Shown: piece after piece, positions 1 through 11,900 of the stretch
How the letters are laid out: every line of letters starts with the position of its first letter
Position numbering within the stretch: the stretch's first letter is position 1
Origin: Nemertoderma westbladi
Lineage: Eukaryota > Animalia > Xenacoelomorpha
DNA length: 64,000 nt
Assembly: GCA_032718475.1 (NCBI GenBank)
Contig: JAUCBJ010009120.1
Span: 1-64,000 of the forward strand
Direction of reading: 5' to 3'
The notes under the pieces: generated by a model
The model's database searches: none
What the model was told of the DNA's origin: nothing
What the model saw: the letters and a program-made list of their open reading frames with translations, nothing else
Program-made: the position numbers and the translations under genes

Positions 1-1198
1 CCCCCCTCCGATTGGTTGATACCCTTGTTGGCGCCCTTTGGAGTGTCCCGTTCACTCCACCTGTTCTCTCTTGGTTAGGGGTTTGGCCCCTGACCCTTAT
101 TGTGTGGTTCACCTTCCCATTTTGTTGGGGTGGCGCGAGTTGGTTGATTGCCCAATCTCGAGGCCCCCAATATTGCTTATCGGCTTAACTTTTATGGGGT
201 GTTAGCAGGATTGGATAAGCTAACACTCCCCCCCCATGCTATCTTCCCGGTGAGAAGATAGCATCAACCGAAAAGTGCGCTACAATCCCGCTGGATCCCG
301 ATCTAGCATCGGGTGTGGGGTGGAAATCTTTTCTCTCGGAGTCGGCTTTCCAGGCCGCTCCCTCTGGGTATGATAACGCTACCCTTTACGCCTGGCGTCC
401 ATGTCGGGCCGATCGTGCTCGCCTCTCACACGATTTTTGTTTCCCCAACACTTTCGCCCTTGACTCTACTCTCCTCTCACTCTACTCTCGGACTTCTCTG
501 TCCCTTACTCAGCCTCTTACTCCTTCCCCCCCCCCCCCCCCCCCACACGCTAGGATTGCATCCGCACCCTCTCCGCACTCCGCACTATCATTCTTCCCTC
601 GACCCCTAATTGACTACCTCATCCCCTCTGACGAATGTCACCTCCCCTCCCGTGCCGTCGCACTCAAGAAGTGTGAAGTCGTCTCGTGTCTCGTCCATAG
701 TCCCATAGTCAATCTAGTCCCCATTCCCAGTAGCTAATTGAGAAAGGTTGTATGACTATAGTACTTACATCGAGCGTATATATATATTTCTAGATTACTG
801 ATTACTACGTACGTACATACAATATGCAATGTCGTGCAAAGGAGTCTTCTTTAAGTCGTTCTAAATTCATGTGATCTTTAAATAATCGCAAATTATATTT
901 TTTACACTAAATACTGTAATAAGCAGAAGCTACGGATTTAAGTTAGGCTAATGTGACTTGACTAGTTTATAAATTGTGTGCAATGGTACTTAATCTTTCA
1001 TTTCCTTAGCCGTATCTAGTCCATATTGGATATATTAAATGGCGGGAAATGGAACAAAAATTATGCTAATGAAATAGGCATAGCTTGTCTTTAATATTTT
1101 ATGACTAGGGACTAGACCACTAAATTGTAATTAGGGTGTAGAGTCTACGCCCTAAGCTCTTTACTCTGCTCTATTACTAAGTCCTTATGAACGATGTC

Positions 1199-2289
1199 CA
1201 GGGTTGGCAACCAATGGTTTTTCTCACCATTGGTTTTTTATGGTTTTTTGGTTTAACCAACTTTTAAAAAAAGGCGAAAAAATTGGTTTTTTATGGTTTT
1301 TTATGGTTTTTCATAAAATTTTACAATTAACGCTGTAAATAATATAAAGCAAACTGGACTGGTAGTCGCGTTTCTTTTTCATTTTGCACTGTCAGACTTT
1401 TAGAATGAAAAAATTTCGAACACTGAGTTTTGCTCGCGTTTCTTTTTCATTTTGCACTGTTACATGTACAGATGTAGAATGAAAAAATTTCGCTCACTTT
1501 GAGTTTTGCTCTCGTTTCTTTTTTTTTATTTTGCACTGTTAGAAGGAAAAAATTTCGCTCACTTATGAGTTTTGCTCGCGTTTCTTTATCTTATCATTCA
1601 GTCATTTTGCACTGTTCAGCTGTTAGATTAGAATGAACAAATTTCTCTCACTTTGAGTTTTGCTCGCGTTTCTTTTTCATCTGTTCATTTTGCAATGTTA
1701 ATGAAAAGGTTTTGCTCGCTTTGCTTGCGTATGTTTCTCGTTTACATTGTTTTAAAATGTGGTGTGCGCGTTTTTTTCGGTGCATGCGCGGTATATTGTC
1801 CAATATTGCGCGGCTGAAAAATTGTGCGCAGGCGTTGTGCACGATTCAGTGGTGGTTTGCAGCCTGGCGTGCAGTCTGGCAGTGGAGCAGTGCAGACGTC
1901 TGGACGTGGGTATGTATTTTTACGTTGTATGTTGTTAGTATTTTGTCACATGCTGCATGGGGCATGGGCTGATGGGTTGGATGAGAGTAAGGACAGAACA
2001 GAACAGCAGAAGAAACGCTTCAAACCAGCATACTGTATGTGGCCTTACCGGTATTCAGTTATTCCAGTATTTTGTTCTATTGGGCAAGCGCAAGGGTTGT
2101 ACTGCAGTACTGTCAGACTGTTGTACGTAGGCCCTACATTTGTATGTATTGCTGTACGGTATTGGATTTAATTAAACCACAGAAAAACCATAAAAAACCA
2201 TAAAAAACCGAAAAAAACCATAAAAAACCAAACAATAAAACCAAAACCAAAAATTTTTTTTCAAAAAACCATGGTTTTTGCCATCCCTG
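1199..2289. mobile_element. Non-autonomous hAT-like DNA transposon (1091 bp)
   Basis: Termini CAGGGTTGGCAA / TTGCCATCCCTG; perfect 8-bp TSD ACGATGTC (1191-1198, 2290-2297); inverted subterminal TGGTTTTTTA/TAAAAAACCA repeats; internal ~60-bp tandem units at about 1365-1700; no transposase. Confidence 0.88.
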
Positions 2290-2330
2290 ACGATGTCCCG
2301 CTATATTATTGGGTGTGTTTTTGTCAGATT

Positions 2331-2364
<34 letters not shown>

Positions 2365-2780
2365 TTTCATCGCAATCAAATTGTATCCCTCTCAGGGAAA
2401 ATCGACTCTAATAACAGCTGATTACTCTCAAAAATTTAACTGTAACCTGTGCTATTGTCTTTAGTTTATTATTTTGGTTAGAACAACGCTAATGACAAAT
2501 ATATTAGCCGTGGTGGGATTTGCGTCAAGTTTTCCCCTTGTCGTGTTTTTAGTAATGATTCTCTTTCTGTATGGTTTGCTTCTTAATCTTACTACTGTCT
2601 TACACATGGGAAATCACTCCTCTTGATGATTCGGCCAAAACTATCCCATCCAAATATTTATACCGAATTGATGCATCCAGATCGGTATACCACCGATCGG
2701 TAGACCGGTATTAACTAAAATTATTTGCTGTGCCTGTAATATTTCGATAGTTTACTTATTGTGTTTTGTGTATATTTTAG

Positions 2781-2901
2781 GTGATTCGCGAGAAATCTCA
2801 CGAGGGTCACATTGACGAATACCTCGGCAATGGATTGCATCTACACTACTCCCGAATAACTGATGTAAATGACGAAATGGGCCACGATCATCATGAACCA
2901 G
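2781..2901 (+). CDS. ZIP transporter ectodomain exon A (VIREKSHEGHIDEYLGNGLHLHYSRITDVNDEMGHDHHEP)
   Basis: Acceptor tatattttag, donor G|gtaggt; open, His/acidic-rich; phase 1 matches exon B. No recognisable homology motif. Confidence 0.65.
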
Positions 2902-5900
2902 GTAGGTTATGTGTGAGTCAACCATAACATGGTAAGTCTAAATATCTATATGTTCACCATGGACCATGTAAGTGATATAAATAACGATAGTATAGATTTA
3001 TAGGAAGGGATCTAGGGATCTTAACCTCGAATGATAAGTTTATTATACCGAAAGTTTTATTGGCGCAATTGTAGGACTAATCCATCACATGCGTACTTTT
3101 TAACCGGGTATTGTTAACCGGGTAGTCTCTTCAGCGTGGTGTCGGATTCGAACCTGGGACCTGAACTGGACCTGGGACCTAGGATATGAAACTGTGCTGA
3201 TTTCTTATCAGGCTGTTACTGCACCCGTTCTTAACGATGGAATTGAATTATCCCATCTCGCATGGTTTAAAACTTATTGAATTTTACTGACTCGCAATAT
3301 TCCATTCCGCGGATATGTTTTCCAATAGTAAACTAAGGCACTAATTAAATTCCAACAATTCCACTTAGCCCAGCTATTTAATTGTTCTATTAATGCCAAA
3401 GTCTTGACTATTATTCTGGTCCCATTAATTGGTTTTTCTTATATATGTTTGCTGGACATATAATTGCAATGTTTTTTTAGGTATAGCTGAGAACTTGTGC
3501 AAATCTCCCAATTCTTGGCAATTCCCTGCATATTTGTTATTAATTAACTCCCTTCAATGCTCTATTGTTTACCGTGTTTTGTAGACCCCCTCCCCCCTAC
3601 ACACTTATATTCATCTTAGTGAATTTCGTGTCTGGTACAAACGATTAAATTATTTCTGTATATATTTTACATGCATGGCTGTGGGTCCGCCATGTGTTCT
3701 TGTGAATGTATCAAATGGCGGTGTTTAAACTTTTAGTTAAATAAAAGTTGCTCGGTGTGCGGGTACTTGTGATTAACAACCATTATTATCAGTTATTTGT
3801 TTAATTCAAGTGGCGGTGGCTTTTAACCCGCCTAGTATACCGGCCGGTAACCCCAACACCATGCCATCGCGATTCCTGCAGTAATATAATCAATCAATAA
3901 TATCACATCTGTCACTTACTCATGTCCCAGAGCATAGTGTGTTATTTTATTTAAGTAGGCATATTCCACCCTCTTAATTGTATCTACAAGTCAATGTGAT
4001 GAAATTGACTCAGAAATTACCAGGTTACATCTGGGTTTGCGTAAGCTCTAACGTCTGAAGTTTTTAGTCTAGGGACAAAAACACACAGACAATGCTAAAT
4101 TTATAAGCCTTTAGTCGGATTTGAACCTGCGCCGCTAATCATTATTGCGAAAGAAGTACTGGCGTTTCAGCCACTCCAACACTGAGACAAAAATGTGTAG
4201 CTTGGAAATTAGAAAGTTACATTATGTTGCATTTGATCGAGGCTGTTTAGTTTATTTACAAAGAATTCTAGAACGTTGTCAATAATAAATAGTAGAAAGT
4301 TGTTGTTCTAGAATGTTTGATAATTTATTAGGAATAGGAATTCATACAAACTATCGAACGCCTTTCCTTTACCTATTTTCTCAATAAGCCATAAGTATTG
4401 GAAATGGTAAATAAAGGAAGGGACCCTTTTTTTTTAAAACGCTTGGTTTATCTCCATGTACCATCTCCTATATCATCTCATGTACCATCTCCATGTACCA
4501 TCTCCATCTACCATCTCCTGTATCATCTCCTGTACCATCTCCATGTATCATATCTTGTACCATCTCCGTACCATATCCTGTATCATCTCTTGTACCATCT
4601 CCCTCCATGTACCATATCCTGTATCATCTCCTGTACCATCTCCATGTACCATATCCTGTATCATCTCCTGTACCATATCCATGTACCATATCATGTATCA
4701 TCTCCATGTCCCATATCCTGTATCATCTCCTGTACCATCTCCATGTACCATATCCTGTATCATCTCCTGTACCATCTCCATGTACCTTCTCCTGTATCAA
4801 ATTTCATAGATTATTATTGGTGTTATGGGTGAATGAGTCAATACGGCCAACTACGGTAGGGTTGAGCAAAGTGGCAGCATATGAAGGTATTGACAGATGG
4901 GAAGCCATGAGGAGATAAATTGCGGACATACAAGGTATCAGATAGTATTTCCAGGTCTATCTTTTACTTGAGCCGCTATCTGAATTGTTAGAGCGTCAGA
5001 CTTCCAACTCGGAGGTCACCAGTTATAATATTATAATCAAATTTCATGCATGTTCATGAATGCGGTGATCGAAAATCGATAATCGATCGGAAGTGGTTTC
5101 GAAAATATTCAATAAATTTTTTTCGCATTTGTGATGATTTCGATAAATTTTTAATGAACTTTATATTATTACTTATTATTGCTATTATTTTATATTCTTG
5201 TAAGACAAACAGTCGAAGAATATATAAATGATATATATAACATGGTAGAATGCACATGACACTCTGGATAAGGCACCATATCGTATTGTAGAGAGTTGAG
5301 GAATATCTTTTTTAATATGAGTCTGATGAATATAAACTGTGAGTACCGGTAACGAGCATCAACTGGATAATGCACCAGATCGTGGAGCAGGTTATAGTCG
5401 CATGTTATTCTAACCAAAACAATAAACTATAGTCAATTGTTAGGGACAACAATTAAGGGCGTGCGGTGCGTGGTGGTTGTTGTTACTTGTGGCGTAATCC
5501 ATGTTTCCGCTCCTTACAGTATTATACTACGGAGAATAATTATCGACCACCTTCTATAATTATATAAATAGTTTAGCGCGCGTTTCATGCTTCACTCCAA
5601 TGAGTTCATTTAATACCGCGCCGCGATTTCCGTTGCTGTAAATAGTCAACCCACGTGCCGGGCCCTTAGTGTGTTACATTAACCGAAATCGGATCCTGAG
5701 TTAATCCAAATCAGCATTAGAAATCTAATCAGAGTAAAATTGCCGAGCCCTAAATCCTTACCTGATTACTTCTCCCTCGTATTCCACCTAAGTTGATTTT
5801 AATTTTAGAGAGTGATTAGCTTTCACTAAGGTATTCCGTTCGTACACTCTACAATTCCCTGGTGATGGTACGGGGGGGGGGGGGGGGGGGGGGGGCAGTA

Positions 5901-8900
5901 GGTTGACGGCGGATACCCCATTCCTTTATCCCGCCACTCCAGACTCTATCAATTTCGGGTTCGTGCGTTGAATATGTAACGGATTTATTTTTTCACAAAA
6001 TGCCAAGAAATGGATTTAGATTAACGTTTTGTGTGGAATTAATGACAAGGTGTGCTGATAGATACTGGTTGTACATGTGTTTGAGTATATCCCTTACGCA
6101 CGTGGAACGTCCAATGTATTGTGTGTGTATCTTATTACATTATTAATTGTTTTTTATATTGTATACTGATGAGTAATGCCGTGTGTGAGGATTAATTTAG
6201 TGATATTGACCTACTGACTAATGACTTGATTATGTTATGTGACGTCTCTTATAGTCTCTCTCTCTTTTAATATAACTTTATATTACTAATATTTCTGAAG
6301 TGTAAGATAAAGTGATTGTTACCCAAAACCCACCATATACTATTAACTTTAAGGAATTGAATCCAAAATTGCAATCCCGATCCCGAAAAACGGGATCTCG
6401 AGAGTGATAATCCCGGTCCCGATCCCGGAAATCCCGAAAAGTCTGATTACGTATAAACACTACAATGCACCTTCTTAAAATTTCGAATATAAACTAAATA
6501 AACAACAAATTGAATAGGACAACTTAATTAATGGGCCTGCGTATACTGTGCCTGTGTATACTGTATGGTATTATAAATGTGACATGATACTGTATTTTCA
6601 TGTAAATATTTAGGTAATTTGAATCATTTATTAATAATCAATAATGCAATGTTTCTCCTGGCCTTACAGCATGGTTGATAAAATTCAGGATTTAAAAGAA
6701 TAAAAAAAATCTGATTTTTTTATTTTTATATGTGATTTAAATAACCCCGGTCTCTACCCCCCCCCCCCCCCCCCCGCAGTTTTTATCGTAAAGGAGTGAT
6801 TCATGGCTAGAATTGAAGCTGACCATATACCCATCACAATCTTTATTTTTATATTACGTATTTTTTTTATTGACCCACAGAATGCGTTTCGGAAACAAAG
6901 AAATGTAGCTGCATGGACTAAACACTCGAGCAAAACACTTTTGTAGTTTGATAGAAGGACTTTGCTTTCATGTGGTGACATTGGTTTTAACCACCTGTGG
7001 TTTTTTTTACCACAAAACAGTACTTTTCAAAATATGAAATTTTCAATATTTTCATCGATTAAATATGAAAAATGAAAAAATATACCCCAGGGAATAGCAG
7101 AGTCCAAAAATGCGCATGATATTTGTGTAAACAAGAACAACAATATTTATAGCTGATATTCATGTCTCTGTGTATAAAACAAACAATAACAAAGTTTATT
7201 GCGTAGAATTGACACAACTACCAATTTCATATTTTTACGTGAGATTTCACGTACCTGTAGAAATAATTCAATATCACGTATTCTTAAGTAATATTTATGG
7301 GGCCTCGGGACCGGGATTATCACTCTCGGGATCCCGTTTTTCGGGATCGGAATTGCAATTTTGGATTCAATAAAGTTATTAGTATATGTAGCGGGTTTTG
7401 GGTAACACACACTTTATCTTACACTTCAAAATTATTAGTAATATAAATTTATATTAAAATTAATTTGAATTGATTACTGGATGGTTTACTTACATAAAAA
7501 TTCGATATATTCAAAACATTTCCGTTCTGCTGGAACTATTTATCAGATATTCAACAAATTTACTTAAATATATATTATATTATTCGGGATCCCGTTGAAA
7601 AAATGTCGGGATCGGGACCGGGATTGCATTTTTCCCCGGGATCCCTGTTTTTCGGGATCGCTATAATTGTATACTGTCTTGCTTTATTTTTATTGGCATC
7701 GGCCTGGAGTAATAACTATTTTCATACTTGTGTGTAAAGTAGCACTTTACAGTGTGATGATCCGAGTGGCTCTATTACACGAACGAACGTTAATGAGTGA
7801 GTGAAAATAAAGCCACGAGGATCAGAACACTGTAAAGTACTTTGCAACCATTATTATATATGTAGTTTTATTCCAAAATTTTAACATTACGAAATGATTG
7901 TTTATTTATATATTATAAGTGATAAAAACTGCACAAATTAAATTAGTTGCTGTATAAATAAATGTAAAAATGACATAAATTATGTTATAAAAAAGTTAGC
8001 TTATATTTATTGTGGCGTTTGGAGCCATGTTAATAGTTTATAGCTACTGGTTATTAATAGCTACCGGTAGGTAATGAGGTGGCCTATCTGGCTGTCAGGC
8101 TATTAATAATAAATACCACCTATTGTTTACGCGGTAACCAATGACGCTGTAACTTTACAGATCGCCGTCATTGGTTACCAGATAAACAAGGGACATTAGA
8201 ACACCAATACAATACTAAATGTACAGGCCCTACAATACTGGAATGTCCACCATTCCTCCATTCCATTGCCCATGCCCTCCAAGTTCTAAAGCGCTAAATA
8301 ACAACTCGCTGTTAACACTAACGGCGTTGAGTAGTAATGTTACAATTTTGGAATAAAAATAATTAATAATAATAATAATAAAACATCATTTTTCTCACTT
8401 TGCCTATTTTTGACATTTTCCATCAATAAATTCCCTATCATTTTTTCACTCAATTTTCATCAAACAGATATATACTAAAGTGTCCTGCAGCTTGCGGGCT
8501 ACAATCGTGAGTATTGGTTTTGTAAAACATTGCCATTTGGATGTTCTAGATCATATTTTGTAACAGTACTTCCGTTACCCCTCAACATTTATGATCCCCA
8601 AAATATAGTACGAACTTAAAAACCCCTTAAATTTTTCAAAAACAATAATTTAATGATGAAATTTTCATAAAAGATTGCCTGAAAATATATATGCAATTTT
8701 TGAAATAACATCTACCTGCACAAAAAGTGACATATTTTTTGAACAAAATGGTTTGCGAAGCTATTCATATACTCAGTTTTCTTAGTAAAAGATCATAGAT
8801 CGTTGCGTTAAAATTTCCGAATAGTAGCATTAAAATTAAATAGATTTGGGGTAATGGTCCCCTTAAAACATGCAATGGCACTAGCGTACTCAGAAAAAAT

Positions 8901-11900
8901 ATAAATTCGGGATTCACATTCTTAATTCTCTACTAAACGAAAGAAATATGTAAACAAGTGAAGTGAAGATTGGATATGTTGCGTGTAATAATGCTAATTT
9001 CATGCTTTCATGATGTTCCATACATGTTCGACACGTTCACCATCATCAAGTAAATAACTGTTCTATTGATGACAAATTGAATTACCACACTATATATGTA
9101 CATTGATATTTACTTTATGATGGCCGTAATAGATAGTGCATAAACCTTTTTCCTTTTATATATTATTTACTGTGTATATATTGATGTATGATGATAATAG
9201 TACTAAATTAAGTAACCAATTTCTTATAAGCCTAATGGCAAACAATTTTTTTACACCTACGGAAATACTGTAGGATAGGAAAGGCCTTGGTTAAATAATG
9301 TATTTCCTAAATTAGTTAGTATTAGCGCCTCTCTCATAAAGTGAAGTGGATGTACGTTAATTCATTGATGAAATAAATAAACAAATAGTATTTTTTATGG
9401 TGCTGATATGGCTTCGCAGAAGAATCTAAAATGACCCCATCCCATCCCATAGTCACTCACATAGAGGCCCGTGTATGAATCCTACATGACCCACATAGCC
9501 GATTCGCCCTGTGTGTAATAACTACAGCCAACTCGCCGGAATTAATAACTGTATTTAATATTATTTAGATTCAAGTGATTCCGCTGGCGTTTACAATGCA
9601 GTTAACCCTACCGAAGCCGATGTACACTACGGAGACCTCATGGAACAGCCCATTAGTCAGAGTAAAGAGGCCACCTTAACTACTGGCCGCAGTAGTCTAG
9701 CCAACCCAGTTCTCCCCAAGTACACCACATCCACGCCTACAGGTTACATTGGTAAACCTACAGGTGCAAATACATCGCCCGACAGCCACAAAATAGATAA
9801 AAAGGCCCATTCAGTACCAAAGAAACATAGGTGAGTTAATATTGTAAGTGGCAAACTCAAATTATACAATTTTTATTAACTTGTCTGCGTTCAAGGTATC
9901 CGTAATCGTATGTACTATGTATTGTATGTATGTACATTGTCAATGTCCATGTCCAACAATTTGATGTGCCAGATGGTCTCTGATTTACAATTCTGTACAA
10001 TGCGAAAAAATGCAGATGCAAATGATAAAACTGATTTACTGACATTAGTTTGCACTTGTAAATCAGTTTTACCATATCGTAATACTAATTAGTTATTATA
10101 TAATAATATCCGACTATCCTGTGCACATACACTGCATTTATGTAGAGGACCAAGTTTAGAAACACAGTACTATAAGAATACAGTACAGTAATGTTTTCAT
10201 ATCATCGTAATCAGTGTACAACAATAAATAATTTGTTCTCAAATTATTATAACTTGATATATTTTGCGATGTTATCGGAATATACTTCATTCTCATTATA
10301 GGTGTTTAGGATTTTAGTGGCGCTATGTGACTCATTTTGGTCTCATTGGAACAGCAATGGTTGATTTAGTTGTACTAGAGGTATGAACAAACTATCATTT
10401 TTTTTGAAGTTATCGTCTATATTTCACATTACAAGCCATGACTTCAATCGCATCGCGATCCTTAGGGCACAGAAACTGACGGAGTCGTCGCGAATTTCGC
10501 AAACGACGGGAATTTCGAGAATTTCGCAAACGCCCGGAATTGTTTTTATGTAATATTGGATGCGCAAACAGAATTTATTGTTTTCAAAGAAACAATAATT
10601 ATTCCAGGATTTTAACTTTAGTTGTCCAAGTTGGTTCTATTGTAAATAAATATATATATATCACACCATCTCCTGGAATATAGTTTCTCTATTCGGGTCT
10701 GCCCCACCCCCAACCCCCAAATTTTCCTACAAATCTTAATTAGATTGAATGAACTTTGACACAGAGTTAATTTCATCTCCCTTCTCCTCGGTGGGTGAGC
10801 CAGAATTTTCATTTTCGCTTTCAATCCTTAGCTACTTTACCGATATCATCGCAAAACTTGTAACGTTATGATAATTTGAAAAAAATGGCATCCACCTCAG
10901 AAATATTAATTTTTTATAGTTTTATAGTCATCAATGGCTTCTAACATGCTATAAATTATCCCCATATGAGTCTATTGGCAAAACGCCCTATCGTGACCTT
11001 ACCGATGACAGCGATTGTAGTGGGATTACTTTGGTGGCGTTGAGCACCGGGTGACTTTGGTGGCGTTGAGCACCGGGTTACTTTGGTGGCGTTGAGCACC
11101 GGGTTACTTTGGTGGCGTTGAGCACCGGGTTACTTTGGTGGCGTTGAGCACCGGGTTACTTTGGTGGCGTTGAGCACCGGGTTACTTTGGTGGCGTTGAG
11201 CACCGGGTTACTTTGGTGGCGTTGAGCACCGGGTTACTTTGGTGGCGTTGAGCACTGGGTTACTTTGGTGGCGTTGGGCACCGGGTAGACTTCAACCAAA
11301 TTGAGAAGACATGTCACTGCCTATTTTATCATAATTTGGCACAAATTTTGGGGGTTAAATATATGAATTTCTAAAAAAGATTTTGGGTCACCCTGTCCAA
11401 TATGTATAATAATGCTTTAATATATATTTATTTATATAATATAGCGACTGTACAGTACAACGTTCTGCAGTCTGCACTTGCACGGCTGTTTGTTCTACCA
11501 ACAACTTCGCAAACTCGCATTTAACATGGAGTATACAGTAGTAGAACCTGCAAATAATTATTTCCCGTCCGCGTCCGTTTAAAATATGATACAATGCCAT
11601 ATTTTGTGTTCTGTCACGGTTCGAGTTGCCTGGAATTGTATTATACGTGAATGCTGCATTTGGTGAGAACGCCTGAGGAGCTATTATTTGCGGTAGAGTG
11701 CGTCCGTCTGTATAGATATATAATGAGAACTGTGCCTTATGGCGTTTAAGTTCGGCTTTGGTGGACATGTGTATTAGTGGACACTGGATACGTAATTATT
11801 ACGGGTTGATATAGTTCATTAGTTGAGAGATATAAGTTATTTTAATGGACTTTCCCCAAGGCAGTGTAATATGATTGCTATAGCCGATGGGTCATGAAAA

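Noticed and set aside
313-737. Pro-rich ORFs of 98 and 140 aa, and a 10-bp hairpin at 237-263
   Set aside because: Driven by a poly-C, pyrimidine-rich tract; no family motif and no convincing link to the ZIP exons.
4398-4918. Three overlapping ORFs of 117-144 aa
   Set aside because: Translations of a stop-free minisatellite in all three frames.
4968-5025. Possible tRNA gene
   Set aside because: Only a degenerate D-arm/anticodon-like stretch without an intact T-arm or acceptor stem; at most a SINE remnant.
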